Assembly: GCF_963921235.1 (NCBI RefSeq)
Contig: NC_086097.1
Span: forward strand, 149,174,001-149,238,000
Length of the DNA: 64,000 nt
Direction: 5' to 3'
Source: Mobula hypostoma
Taxonomy: Eukaryota
This document shows, one piece after another, positions 24,901 to 39,900 of the stretch. The position numbers and the translations under genes were made by a program. The notes below the pieces were generated by a model. That model was not told where the DNA came from. It worked only from the letters and a program-made list of their open reading frames with translations, and searched no databases. Within the stretch, counting starts at the first letter, position 1, and each line of letters opens with the position of its first letter.

Positions 24901-27900
24901 ATTGAAGTTACAAGGAAGTCCCTCTTTATAGGGGCCGCTTGTTCTTAGAAAAATACCACATTACAATTTTCTAGAACGTGAAGCAACATGATATACATGT
25001 GTGAAGAAAAGCAACTCGCAAGAAAAAGTTGTGTTTATTTGTTTACTTTTTTCACATAAATTCTGTGAGTTTGAACTTCATTTCCGTATCTCAGATTTTT
25101 GGGTAGTGACTGATGAATTCTAGATGGGCAAATTTCCTTGACTGGCCGTAACACACAGGTCACTGTATATGGAGGCCAAGTAGTTTATTAGGACATACAT
25201 AAGCAGTAGAGAGAGTGCAGATATCTCATTTTACTGTGATGGAATTGAATCATGGTGCCTCTACCAAAATGTTAAAGACTAATGCCCTTTCTATCTTCAA
25301 GTCTGGTCCTAAACTCTTGAGCAACACCTCATATCTGCTGAATATATATGCACATTTATATTGTGCTGGGGAGGATTTAAACTAATTTGGTAGGGAGATT
25401 GAAACCAGAGTGATGGGGCTCAGGATGGGCAATTGGTATAAAAGTCAATGCAGTGTGCAGTGAGACTGTGAGGAAGGACAGGCAAGTGATGGAGCAAAAT
25501 TGCAGTCAGTGGGATGAAATGAAGTGTAACGTGTGGGCAAAATGGAAAAGGGTGATGAACATAGGATTGAAGGCATGATATTAGAGTGTTTGCAGTATAT
25601 AGAATAAAGTAGATTGATCTTGTAGCGTAGTTAGAGATCAGTAGGTATGACATTGTGGGCATCACTGAGTGACTGAAAGAAGATCAAATTTGGGAGCTTA
25701 ACATCCAGGAATACACACTGTTTTAAAAGGATAGACAGGTAGGCAGAGGGGGTGGGGTGACTCTTTTGGTAAAAAATGAAATCAAATCCTTGGAAAGGTG
25801 ACATAAGATCAGAAGATGTAGGATCCTTTTGGGTAGAGTTAAGAAACTGCAAGACCCTGATGGGAGTTATACATGAGCTCCTGCATAATAGCTAGAATGT
25901 GGGATATAAATTACAATAAGAGGTAGAAAAGGCATCTAATAAGGGAAGTGTTACAATAGTCATGGAGATTTCAGTATGCAGGTAGACTGGGAATACCAGG
26001 TTGATGGTGCTGGATCCCAAGGGAGGGAATTTGCAGAATGCCTACAACTTGCATTTTTTTTAGAGCAGCTTGTGCTTGAGTCCACTAAGGGAAGGGCAAT
26101 TCTGGATTGGGTGTTGTGTAATGAAACAGATTTGATTAGGAAACTTAAGGTAAAGGAACCCTTAGGAGGCAGTAATCATAATATTTATTTAGAGATACAG
26201 CACTCTTCCAGCCCTTTGAGTCATGCCACCCCAGAAATCCCCAGTTCAACCCTAGTTTAACCCACGAGACAATTTACAATGACGAATTAACCTACCAACC
26301 GGTACATCTTTGGACTGTGGGAGGAAATCAGACCACCTGGAGAAAGCCCACATATTCCACAGGCAGGATGTACGCACTCCTCACAGATGACATCGGAATT
26401 GAACTCCTAACTCTAACACCCCAAGCTGTAATAGTGTCACGATAACCATTACATTACTGTGGCATAGATAACCACTACTACCTTGATAGTGTTGGAATTC
26501 ACCCTGCAGTCTGAAAGGTGGAAGCTAAAGTCAGGTGTATCTGTATTACAATGGTGTAAAGGGAATTACAGACACTTGAGAAAGGAGCTGGCCAAGGTTA
26601 ATTGGAAGGGAGCACAATCAGAGATGACAGCAGAACAGCAATGGCTGGTCCCTCTGGAGGCAATTCGATGGCGCAGATGAGATGCATCCCAAAGATGAAA
26701 AAGTATTCTAAAGGGAGGGTGAGGTATCCGTCGCTGACAAGGGAAATCAAAGACAGTATAAAGGCAGAATATACAATATAGCAAAAAAAATAGTGGGAAG
26801 TTAAGAGGACTGGGAAGCTTTTAAAAACCAACAGAAGGCAACTAAATAAGAAATAAGGAGAGAAAAGATGAAATATGAAGGTAAGCTAGCCAATAATATC
26901 AAGGAGGATACCAAAAGTTTTTTCAGCTATGTAAAGAGTAAAAAGGTGCAAAAGTGGGTATTGGACCACTGGAAAATGACATTGAGGAGGTAGTAATATA
27001 GAAACATAGAAAACAGGTGCAGGAGTCGGCCATTTGGCCCTTCGAGCCTGCACCGCCATTCAGTATAATCATGGCTGATTATCCAACTCAGAACCCTGTA
27101 CCTGCCTTCTCTCCATACCCCCTGATCCCTTTAGCCACAAGGGCCATATCTAACTCCCTCTTAAATATAGCCAATGAACTGGCCCCAACTGTTTCCTGTG
27201 GCAGAGAATTCCACAGATTCACCACTCTCTGTGTGAAGAAGTTTTTCCTCATCTCGGTCCTAAAAGGCTTCCTCTTTATCCTTAAACTGTGACCCCTTGT
27301 TCTGGACTTCCTCAACATCGGGAACAATCCTCCTGCATCTAGCCTGTCCAATCCCTTTAGAATTTTATACGTTTCAATAAGATCCCCCCTCAATCTTCTA
27401 AATTCCAGTGAGTATAAGCCTAGTCGATCCAGTCTTTCATCATATGAAAGTCCTGCCATCCCAGGAATCATAATGGGGACAAAGAAATGACAAACAAGTA
27501 TTTCGTGTCAATCTCCACTGTGGAAGATATGAACAGTATGCCAGAAATTTGAGTGTCAGGGCAGAAGTGAGTGTAGTTGCTATTTCTAAGGAGAAGGTAC
27601 TTGGGTAGCTGAAAGGCCTTGAGGTAGACAAGTTACCTTGACCAGAAGGACTACATCCCAGATTGTGGAGGCATTGGTAATGCTCTTTCAAGAATCACTA
27701 TATTCTGGAGTGGCTCCGGAGGACTGGAAAATTACAACTATCATTCCACTCTTTAAGAAGGGAGGGAGATAGAAGAAAGGAAATTATAGGCCAGTTAGCT
27801 TGACATCAGTGACTGGGAAGATGTTGGAGTCCAGTATTAAAGATTAGATTTTGGAGTTCTTGGACGTGCATGACAAAGTAGGCCAAAGTCAGCATGGGGA

Positions 27901-30900
27901 ATGCTTGCCTGACAAATCTTTTGGAATACTTTGAGGAAATAACAGTCAGGATAGATAAAGGAGTCAGTATATGTTGTTTATTTGGATTTTCAGAAGGCCT
28001 TTGATGAGGTGCCACACATGCAGCTGCTTAAGTATTACAGGAAAGACACTAGCATGGATAGAAGATTGGCTGACTGGCTGGAGGCAAAGAGTGGGAATAA
28101 ATGGGGCCAATTTAGATTGGCTGCTGGTGACTAGTGATGGTCTGCAGGGCTCAGTGTTGGGAGTACTTCTTTTCATGTTACATGTCAATGATTTGGATGA
28201 CAGAATTGGCATATGATATAATGATAGGTGGAGGGGCAGGTAGTGTTGAGGAAATGGGGAGTCTGCAGAAGGACTTAGATTAGGAGAATGGGCAAAGAAG
28301 TGGCAGAGGTAATATAGTGTAGAGAAATGTATGGTTATGTACTTTCGTGGAAAGACTAAAGGTGTAGACTATTTTCTAAATGGTGAGAAAATTCAAACAT
28401 CAGAGGTGTAAAAGGACTTTGGGAGTCCTTGTGAAGAATTCCATAAAGGTTAACTTGTAAGTTGGGTCAGTGGTAAGGAAGGGAAATGCAGTGCTGGCAT
28501 TCATTTTGAGAAAGCTAGAATATAGGTTGTGATGTTGAGGCTCTATAAGGCATTCACCAGACCACACTTGGAGCATTGTGAACAGTTTTGGGCCCCTTAC
28601 CTAAGAAAAGATGTACTGGCATTGGAGAGGGTCCCGAGGAACTTCATGAGAAATATTCCAGAAATGAAAGGGTTAATGTATGAGGAGCATTTTATGGCTC
28701 TAGGTGTGTACTCACTGGAGTTTTAGAAGAGTGAGGGGAGATCACATTGAAACCTATCAAATATTGAAAGGCCTAGATAGAGTGGATGTGGGGAGGATGA
28801 TTCCTATAGTGGGTGAGTCTAGGACCACAGGGCATGGCCTCAGAATAGAGGGACATCAATTTAGAACAGGGATGAGGAGGAAATTTGAATCTGTGGAGGC
28901 CAAGTCATTGAACATAATTAAAGAGGAGGTTGGTAGGTTCTTGATTAGTTGGAGCGACAAAGGTTATGGATAGAAGGCAGGAGAATGGTGTGAGAGGGAT
29001 AATAAATCAGCCATGAATCACCTATTCCTTTGTCTTATGGTCTCACAGTCTGCATGAACATTTATTGGACGGTGCATTCTGAAGCATATGTGTGCATATA
29101 TTTGACGAAATATCTGTGTGTGGTTGACTGTGCTCACGGCAAAATTTCAAAATAATGTAATGAGTCAAACTAAAACTAATAATAAGCTATATCTCCATAA
29201 TTTATTAATCCTTCTAAGTCAGGTTTTAATTTGCTGGTTTGATATTTCAGAATGGTGCTGATGAACCACTGGTGATATATTTCTGTATCAGTATTGTGTG
29301 GCAAGAGGGGTCGAGGTTGTAGATTTACAGGGCGCTACTAGAGTAGCTTGGAACATTACGGTATTTCTGTAGAAGGTACTCACCACGGCCACTGGTGAGG
29401 AGATGGAATGAATGTTTATGGCAGTGGCCTGCTTTGTTGTTGAGGATGTTGAGTTTCTTGAGTATTGTTGCTCATCGGACCAACATAAAAACATAAGAAA
29501 CACAAGAAAATTCGAGCAGGAGTTAGGCTACTCAGGTTCTCAAATGTGCCCCAGCATTCAATATAATTGTGGCAGACTTGGCATAGACCTCATCTCCCCT
29601 TTCCCAAGATGCTGAATGGCATGGAATGTTTCGCTTATGAGGAGACACTGCAGAGCATAAGTTTGTTTTCTCTTGACCATTGGTGGTTAAGGGGTAACAT
29701 AACTGAGGTGTATAAAGCTCTGAGAGCTATAGGTAGTGTAGACTGCAAAAAAAAATTCCCCATTCCAGAGACAGATAACACTAGAAGATTTAGGGTAAGG
29801 GGGTAAGAGATTCAGAGGAGGTCCGAGGGTTTAATCCAGAGTGGCGAGTGCTTGAAGTACACTGCCTCGGAGGGTGGTAAAAAGAAACACTAGGCATCTG
29901 GATAAACACTTGAATCACTTAGGCATAGAAGGTTATGGACCAAGTGCTAGAAGATGGAATAAATCAGAAATGGGTATCCACTCGACAGTGTGGACATGGT
30001 GAACCAGGTGGCTACTTTCAATGCTGTTTAACTCTGTAACTGTACTGTGTCGTTTCCCCAGAGCCATAAAATTCCCAATCTTTTTATAAAAAAATGTTCT
30101 TTCTCTTTAAGTACTCAGAATGATCTTCCTGCCTAACCCTCTGGGGTAGAGATTATTCTATCACAGTCCTGACTTTTGCCTTGAGGGTGGCAGAACCTCC
30201 TATGGTATATAAAGCCTTGAACACTACTTCATTATTTCTTTTTCTCTGTATTTGTTTGTAATTTACAGTTTTTTTAATGTCTTTGAAACTTGTTCCTTTG
30301 GTGCTATTTGTAACTCCAATCACTGGAGTGCTTTGCCTTCAATTCTCATTGAACCAGCCAATCTGTTACACACATTTGGACAACTGCTTTGATGCCAAGG
30401 GTAGTCACTCTCAATTTACTCCTTGAATTCAGTTTCATGGTTCATGTTTGGGCTGAGGCTGTCATGTGGTCCTGTCAAAATCGTACTAGTGCGTCAGTGA
30501 ATAAATAGGTATTGGCCCATTGACACACTGTTGTCTCCCCGCTGATGAGTGAAGGCAGACTGACTGGATACTGACTAGCTGGTTTTAATTTATCGTGATA
30601 GTGACAGAGCAGAACTGAACAAAAAGACCAAGAGAAGAAGCAAATACAATTGAAAGTGTGCTTTCATAGGTGGATTATTTTTTAAATACTGTTGGTCTTC
30701 TTTTCCTGATCTTGAATATTTTCTCCAAACTCACAATCAGGTGGCGAGGGGATTATGGAGGCAAAAAACAGCTGTGGTTTCCGGCAAATTACGTGGAAGA
30801 GATAACGAATACTCCAGTACCTGAGCAGGATGAAGCGGTAAGCAGGAGTTTTGCATCTGATAGTACCGAGTGCCTGAAACCAGTAGAGAGCAATCTGCAA

Positions 30901-33900
30901 AGATGCAATTCTCATAAGCATTTTTAATTTGTGCTTTGAATAACAAACTTGAAACATGTTGCATTTTAAAATCCGTAAGATGTGGAGGTGGTAGGTTTAT
31001 AATAAAGGAATTAAATACAAAAGCAATTGTTTTAAATCCCTGAATGTGACTTCTTAAGGACGCTGAGCTGGACTTACTGTGTCTGATTCTGGGAATGTTG
31101 ATTTAAGATAGATAAATGGCTTTGGAGGATGCAAGGAGATAGAGAAAGCTAGCAAGGATGAGTTTCTTAAATGGGAAAGATGAAGAAGCTTGCATTAATT
31201 TCCCTAAACAATGGAAGAGAATCTCAAAATCATGTAGCGAGAAATCTTACCATTGGCTGAAAGGCTGGTTGTCAAAAAGCATGGAGAGTATTTTCCTTCA
31301 CGCATGGAATTGAGCTCAGGAAAGTATTGGATGAAACTGTAACAGGAGCCAATTCAATAGTAACCTTTTAAAGGGGCTGTGCAATAAATGAAACATTGCA
31401 GACCAGTAGGGATGAAGCTATGGAGTGAAACTAATTGGGATGAACATTCAAACATAAAATAGAAACAGGTATAGGCCACTCGGCCCCTCAAGCCTGCCCC
31501 GCCACTCAATATGACCATGTTCGATCTCCCCCAGGCCCCCATTCTTCTTCTGTGCCAGTTCCTTGAAAGAGCAAATCATGACTGACACTTCCAATTTTCC
31601 TGGAGAAAGTCTGGCTGTGATGGTAAAGGAACATTCCAGAGCAAGGGAATGTACACCCTCAATAAATAACAGAGAAGAATACAGACTTTACTAAACAGTA
31701 TTATTGAAGCCGTCCCTCTACAAAGACTGGCTTTTGATAAGGCCCATGTTTTCCTGTTGTTTTGTCTCTTACTCTCTGTGTTCCTAGAGCTTCCCCACTC
31801 ACCGCTACCATTCCTTCATTTCAGTGGATCAGAAGGAGACGTTGGAGGAGAAGGATTCAGCACCTGGTCCTCCATAGCTTGTGTGCGCACTCTGAATCCC
31901 ACTGCAGTGGAATGGGAGTGAGTGGAATCCAGCCAGTTCAGCACAAGCCGAGCTCTTAGTCTCAGCCCTGCTGCAGTTGGAAGGGGCTATACACAGTCCA
32001 GGCAATCCACCAAAGGTTTGAGATTTGCATTGCTGGGACTCTGGGAGCTGATCACTCACTAACTCTAATGGCTTCTTTTGTTGGAGTTATCCCACATCCA
32101 ATTTTCAGTAATTTCTCTATTTTCTGGAAATAAATGCCCTCCTCTTTAAAACCAGACTCATAAATTCGCATTTGTGGCAGTGTGAAATTTAAATGCAACG
32201 AATGCATCATACAAACCACAGCTATGAAATAATATCAATCCTGATGTGCTTTTGTAATTCCTGTCTTTTCTCTCCTGTTCCCGCAGTCTGTGGAAAACAG
32301 CCCATTGGGAAGTTTCCTCAAGGGATTTATTGATGTTCCAACATGCTACATTGGTGAGTTGCCTGCAACGATTTCACATTATTCTCAAATACTTGTTAAA
32401 TTTACTATGCATTAATTTGAACACCAAAATGTACATTCACTTATAATCTTTGATTATGTGCTGCTTAATTAACTCATGAAAATATTTCATTTGGGGATGT
32501 GTGGCTGTACTAAAATAATGAATAAGAAAATTTAATGCACATATATTTATTGTTAAATGACCAAAGAAAAGAAACTAACAACATTTTAAAAATTAAATAC
32601 CGTCTTGCTGTGTTGTAAACATTTATGTCAAAGTAGAACTGGCATTCAGGTTTGTAACAGTAGAACTCTCCTTACCATACCCCAGAAATGTAGTTTACTA
32701 CAATTCCCGTGAACTATTCCTGACAGTCGCAGTTTAGGGATTTGTCCATTTTCTTTTCAACTTGGTTCTACACACTCAGTCAGAAGATTAAGTTCACACC
32801 CTACTTTGAATTAAGTTCAAAGTATATTTATTATCAAAGTAATTATATGTCACTATATACAACCCTGAGATACATTTTCTTACGGGCATTCAAAGTAAAT
32901 ACAAGAGCACAACAGAATCAATGAAAGCTTGCACCCAACAGGACAGACAAATAACCAATATGCAAAAGATAACAATTGTGCAAATACAGAAAATAAAGAA
33001 AAAAATAAATTATAATAAAAACATAATATGACAGTAATAGCAACAACACAGACGTAGAGCCTCGCCAGAGTGCTGATGATGAAGCTGAGCTTACAGACAA
33101 AATTATCCTAATATTTAACATGACACTAACAGAATACAGGGGCACTGACTGAACAAAAAGACCCTATGTAGTAAAACAAAACCTGCCATCAAAATTTGCA
33201 AAAAAAATGTTAATACACTCAACAATATTATATTACCACAATATTTAGGAAAACTTGAAGCATTTGAAGAACTACACACAATATCGTACAATGCAACATT
33301 CTCAGCAGTGCAGTACAATGGCTCCAGAATAGAGACACTCATTAATAGAAACTCAAAACTGAGTAATGAAATAAGAACAGCGAATGGGAGAAGAGATTAA
33401 GAAACAAAATTGAAACCTTAAGAGCAGAGTATAAAATGAATAACCCTAGTAAGAAAGTTAAGAGAAAAGCTAAAGAAATACTAAGGAAATACAAGGGCTA
33501 TATGTGATACGATCAGCCTAACAAAAGCATTGTAAAGTTTGTACATTTGTAGATACACTAAAACAAAAGGTTGTTGCATACAAAGTCAGACTAAATAGAT
33601 ACATAAAATGCGATAGATGAAGAAAACAGGATTTTCAGTTCAGGAACAATGAAAAAGGTTTATACAAGGCATTGAAACTAAATTTGAAGCACCAAAGTGT
33701 CACCAACCTTAGCACAGAATTACCAACAAACATAGAGATAGTAAACTTTTGATCTAATATCAAACAGGCTGACACACAATCAAGAAACAAACAAGAGAGA
33801 ATGCACTCACACAATTGAAGACATGCAAACACATGATGTTACAATGGATATGCTATAAGTGGATATTATGAAAATACCCACAACTGGAAAAGTACCATAA

Positions 33901-36900
33901 ATGGTAATATTCATAATTATTGGTATAAAATATACTTGCCTTCATCCATACCTATTAATACATATCAACAATTTTCTTAAAAATCCTGAAAAGTGCCCGA
34001 ACTTTTTACAGAAGGTAAAACATATCTCTTACCTGAAGGAGAAATCACAAATGACCCATCAAAATATTGCCCTATTACTTGCTTACAAACTATATATGAA
34101 ATTGTAACATAACACATCTAACAACTAATCACCACTCACTCAACCACAATATACAGAAAAGATGCCCTAAGGGTATAAAAGGATGTAAAGAACAACTGAT
34201 AATAGGTTCTGTAATTCTAAATCAAGCCTGGTGGAAAAGTAGAAATCTTTCATGTTGTTATATTGACTATCAAAAAGCATTTATTCTGTCCCACTCATGG
34301 TTAATAGAAGTTCTTATTGTATATAAACTATACCCAATACTTGTGACATTCCTACATCTGATGAAGCATTGGCGTACTATAATAACCACTTTCTATTAAC
34401 AACCAAAAGAAAAAACAACCACTGTTAGCATAATAAACCAAGACATTTTTCAGGGTGACTCTCTATCTAAGCCCACTATAGTTTTGTCTTGCTTTAAACT
34501 CACTATCTAATTGAATGAGTTGGACATAAATATAGTATCCAATCAGAAACAACTAAATGAATTATACCTTGACACACCTTCTATACATGGACAATTTGAA
34601 ATTATATGCTCCTTCGTTAGTAAAGCTAACGCAATTAATTTAAATAGTAGAAATATTTTCTAAAGATATAAACATGAACTTTAGACTAGATTAAGTGCGG
34701 AACATTAATTGTAAAGACAGGGTCAATAGAGCTAGTAGAATATAAAACAGAACAGCAGGATACATTACAACCAATGGATGAATATGAAACATATACTGTA
34801 AGTATCTGGGATGTCAGCATGCAAAGGAAATAGATCACAGTGTGAATAAGGGAAAGTTTTTCAACATAGTTTATTGAAAGGCTTAAGAGGATCTGCCAAA
34901 CAGAGCTCAGTAGTAAAAATATAACAAAGGCAATAAACATTTTCACTGTACCCAAATTAACATATACTTTTGACATAATATCTTGGTCCAAAACTGATCT
35001 GGAAAATTTACAAAGAAAATCAAGAACTGAAATGACTAATTTTAGAAAACCCTGTATATACTCGAACACATTTAGATTAACATTACCCTGGACACATGGA
35101 GGATAAGAAATAATAGACATTAAAAATTTACACAACAGTCAGTTAAAACTTCTGAGGATAAATTTTCATCAATGAAAATAGGATTTAGCACTCCATGTGA
35201 GCATATGCAATTCTGATAAGAAGTACACACCACTAAACTTAAGTGAAAGCATAACCCAGAAAAATGAAGCAATTATCATTCTCGAAGAAAAAGTTAACCA
35301 ATGGAAGAACATGACCCTCCATGGAAAACATCCCCATGATCTAAGCAGACTAGATGACGACAAGGAAGCATCGAACGCCTGGCTCAGAGTTGGAGGCCTC
35401 TTCCCAGAAACAGAGGGGTTCCTTGTGGCAATACAGGACCAGGCCATTAATACAGAAAGTTACAAAAATTCGTAATAGAAGACCAACAAATTCAAGACAA
35501 TAAATGCAGAAAAATGCAAAGAGAAACGAGAAGCTATCCAACACATTACAAGATCCTGCAGCAGTTTAACTCATGCTGATTACTTACACAGGCACAAGTG
35601 GCGAAGTTGCTTTAAAATACAAGCTCATAATAACATGATACATTACTATAAATACTGACCTGATACAGTTTGAGAGTCAGAGTCCTACAATTTTTATTAC
35701 GATTGATCCAATATTGCAGATAGGACAATTCATAATAACACTCTGGATATAATATCACAGGATTAAAAAAAAGCAAAAACAACTTACCCATGATGGACTG
35801 GGTTATATCCACTACTTTTTACTGGTTTTTCCATTCAAGGGCATTGGTGTTTCCATACTAGACCATGATGCAACCAGTCAATATACTCTCCACCAAATCT
35901 ATAGAAGGTTGTCAAAGATGACATGCTGAATCTTTGCAAATGTTTAAGAAAGTAGAGATGCTGCCGTGCCTTCTTTGTAATGGCATGCATGTACTGGTCC
36001 CAGGACTGGTCCTCTGAAATGATAACACCGTAGAAGTTAAAATTACTGACCCTCTCCACCTCTGATCCCCCGATGAGGACTGGCTCATGGGCCTTCATTT
36101 TCCTCTTCTTGAAGTCAATAATCAGCTTCTTGGTCTTACTGACATTGAGTGAGAAGTTGTTGTAGCACCATTCAGCCAGATTTTCAGTCTCCCTCCTACA
36201 TGCTGATTTATCACAAGCTTTCATTCGGCCAAAGACAGTGGTGTCATCAGCAAACTTAAATATGTAACTGGAGCTCTGCTTAGTCTCACAATCTTAAGTA
36301 TAAAGTGAGTAAAGCAGGGGCAAGTGTGAATCTAGGGCAGGTTAGTGAACTTAAGCATAGACAAAAATTTTTGTTGGCTTATGGTATGTAGTGCTGCCCC
36401 TCAATTCTTTAAACCCACCCATATTAAAAAGATAAATAATGATTATCTTTACTGCCAAATGAAGCAGTGAATGTTTTTTTAAAACCCAAGAGCAATAAGA
36501 CGTTTTCACATGAAATGTGTCACGTTAGCTTAACGCCAGCTAGATGTTTGTGAGAACATATGATATTAGATGATATGTTTTGAAATATTCATCGACTTAG
36601 TATACACAACAGTATTTAGATCTTACCTGGATACCTTAACAATATTACTTAGAAATTATATTTTTCAATTGTCTTCTTAAAAGGTTAATATTAATATTTG
36701 AATAGGGTTTCTAAAAAGCTTTGTTTATTTCAAACTGCTTTTATTAATAGTAAAATAATAAATACAAGTAAATAAGCAACAGGACTCATCATTTTTCCTT
36801 AAAAATAAGTCCATAATTAATGTTACCAAATCATTAAACAGTGATTTTTTTTCTGCTTAAAATACCACGACACACGAGAGAATATTTTAGAATATTATTG

Positions 36901-39900
36901 CCAATTTCTGCTGATGCTTTCTAAAAGGTTTGCTACCCTTGATAGAGAGATGCCTGTGCTCAACTTTAGAATTCAAATTGTTTCTGAAAGTATTTTCTCA
37001 TTTGTATTCCACGGAAAATCAGCTTCTAAAATCAAGCGCATGCACATGCAGGGGTTGTAAGTCGTTGTACAGGGAGAGGCTGGTGCTTGCAAGTGGCTGG
37101 AGTATGACAGGGGTGAAGTGATGGCTGATATAAGATGAGCATAGACCAACTAGTGTCAAGGGATTGAAACTTGACAGAAATAAAATAGATCATCAGGCAG
37201 AACATATGCTTTAACAGAACATTTAAAGAAATAAAGAATGTTCTGAAATCACCCAAAGGCCTTTTTATATTAAAACTGTAACTTATGGAGACCTTTTGTG
37301 AGAAAGACTGTTCACATAATCCTTCCAATTATTTGTCTCATGTAGCAGACAGGGTGGAAGAGAACTGGGGAGCATTTCACAGCAGTCTTTGTAATCACTC
37401 TCACCTTTTTATATGTCCAAACAAAGAGAAAGGAAAACAGCCCTTACTCTTGCATCAAATCAAACTGTAGATTTATATGGCTGGACCTCTGGGAAAATGA
37501 GCAGGTCAATTTATAACATCCAGGGAAACTCGCTTTGGGTATATTTAAAGCAGAGGTTGATAGGTTCTTGATTAGTAAGGAATCAAAGGTTATGGGAAGA
37601 ATGCAGAAGAATGGGTTTGAGAGGGAAAATAAATCAAGTGGTGGAGCTGACTTGATGGGCTGAATGCCTCATTCTATTCATGGTCTTATGGTCTAAACTA
37701 GAACTGGCATTCTCATACAGAGGGCCAGACACCACATCATTACTTCTTCAGTTACCTGATGAATGAGTTACCTGATTCAGCCTATTGTGTCCATACTGGT
37801 CAAAAATATGCTGCTGATATTTCTCTCACAGGCCAGTTTTTGATCTATTAATATCGATCAGGTTCTGTGACATCTGTATCTGTTGAAATAAACAATCAGC
37901 TCTTGAAAGAAAAGCTTGTGCAAACATTTCTGGTATTGCTAATAGTTTTTGATATATGCAGGCAAGATCATTTTACTGTGCAGTTCCAAGTTCTCTTGAC
38001 TGTATGGTTGGGCATGGGTGTGAGGTGAAATATTGAGTTTGACAGCTGCAGTCCTTGAGATGGAGATGCTGATAGGTCAGGTTACTCTGAATTTTTATCC
38101 CTTGAAAATGAAGTAAAAAACAAGTTAATTCATGCTGGGATGATGTATGAATTGGAATAGAACTCAATATGAGGTGAAAGTGTTCCTATAAAATTTTATT
38201 GTTCCTGATGAGTTTAAAGGAGCTGTTGAAAACCTAGCCAGCTGCTTCACTAAATTCCATAGGTAGGATTTAATATAAGCAGTATTTCAAGTAAATTTTA
38301 CATGCATTTTATGCGCCGCAGTTCCTGAGGAGACATTGAATTGTGTTGAGGGAGAGTGAGTTTAAAAGAAGTGAGCGGGGTCAGTCAGCACATTTTGTGC
38401 ACTATAGTTCCTGAGAAGACAGTGGATTGCATATAATTGACAAAATCCAATAAAAAGAAGATAGGTTTAAGTGGAGTGGCCATTGTGTGAGTGGACAGTG
38501 TTAGTGTGGGGACTTGAGACTTTGGCTCATCAAGACCACTACCTTAGTTCAGTGCAGAGACGAGTAAACCTTCCCAAGCAACAAGCTGAACACCAGGTCG
38601 TCCCTCATCTCCGGCCCCGACACCCTGACCTTTTCAATCTGGCTTGCCGCTTAAGTCAGCCAAGCATCTTCTCATTCATTGCTCTCAGACCAGGGTCCTG
38701 CCACTTCGATACTGTCTCACATCTGGGTCCCGTTGCCTGCACATGAGAGCGTATTGATTCAGCCTGTACACAACTTTTCCAATCTGGTATGGTGCTTAAA
38801 TCAGTCAAACATCAGTTCGTTCGTCACTGTTGGGCCCGGGCCTTGCTGCCTTGACTCTTTCTTGTCTCACCTTGGATCTGCTGCTTTGAGTCAGTACCAA
38901 GTCCGTTCCAGCAATGGCCACAAACATTGCCTCATTCCTCGCTCTCGGAGCCAGGCCCCTCCACCTCGATTTGGGCCATATACGCCATGCTGCAATCATC
39001 CTGCACCATTGAGACTTCAGTTCACACTACAAAAGTGGCAGCTCAACTCCGAAAGGGAAGTTACAGGCTATTGATTGCTGTGATAGTTGTCCAGAAAAAG
39101 TGTAATTAACAGTGTAGTTAGTAGGTTTGTTTGCTGGCAGTATGGTGTTGCTGTGTTTCAGAGCGCCATCTTAAACCGGACCTAGTTACAAGGGCTTCTG
39201 CAAATATATTAAGAGCAAAAGATAGCAAGGGGCAAAAGAGGTATGGAGCTGAAAGTAATGGGGGAAATCATAAATGCAGTTTTTGCATCTGTATTTCCTT
39301 GTGAGACAGACACAGAGTGAGGTAAAGGAGCAGTATGTCATGGATCCTATACAGATTACAGTGGAGGAGGTGTTTGCTCTCATGAGGCAAATTAGGGTGG
39401 ATAAATCCCCAGGGCCTGACAAGCTGTTCCCTCAGACCCTATGGGAGGCTAGTGTAGAAATTGCAGGGCCCCTAGCAGAGATATTTAAAACATCTTAGCC
39501 ACAGGTGAGGTGCTGGAGGATTGGAGCTGGAGCTAATGTTCTGTTGTTTCAGAAGGCTCTAAGAATAAGCCAGGAAATTACACACTGGTGAGCCTGACAT
39601 CAGTAGTGGAAAGTTATTGGAAGGTGTTCTGAGGAACCAGATATATGAGTATTTGGATAGACAAGGACTGATTAGGGACAGTCAACATGGTTTTATGTAT
39701 GGTAGGTCATGTCGAACCAATCTGATAAAATTTTTTGAGGAAGTTACCAGGAACGTGGATGAGGGTAAGGCACTGAATGTTGCCTGCGTGGATTTTAGCA
39801 AGGCATTTGACAAGGTCCCACATGGGAGATTGGTCAAGAAGATTAATCATCATTAACAGTGTAGTTAGTAATTTTGTTCGCTGCCTGTATGCCACTGCTG

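Larger units (their letters stand above)
25370..29045 (+). mobile_element. Long degenerate CR1 ORF2 (endonuclease to 3' end) hosting a V-SINE and a young antisense CR1
   Basis: [42 protein letters not shown] and CR1 3'UTR. Confidence 0.85.

Noticed and set aside
38320..38430. Short direct repeat agttcctgag.agaca.tg.attg as a CRISPR-like array
   Set aside because: Only two diverged copies, in vertebrate DNA with no cas genes
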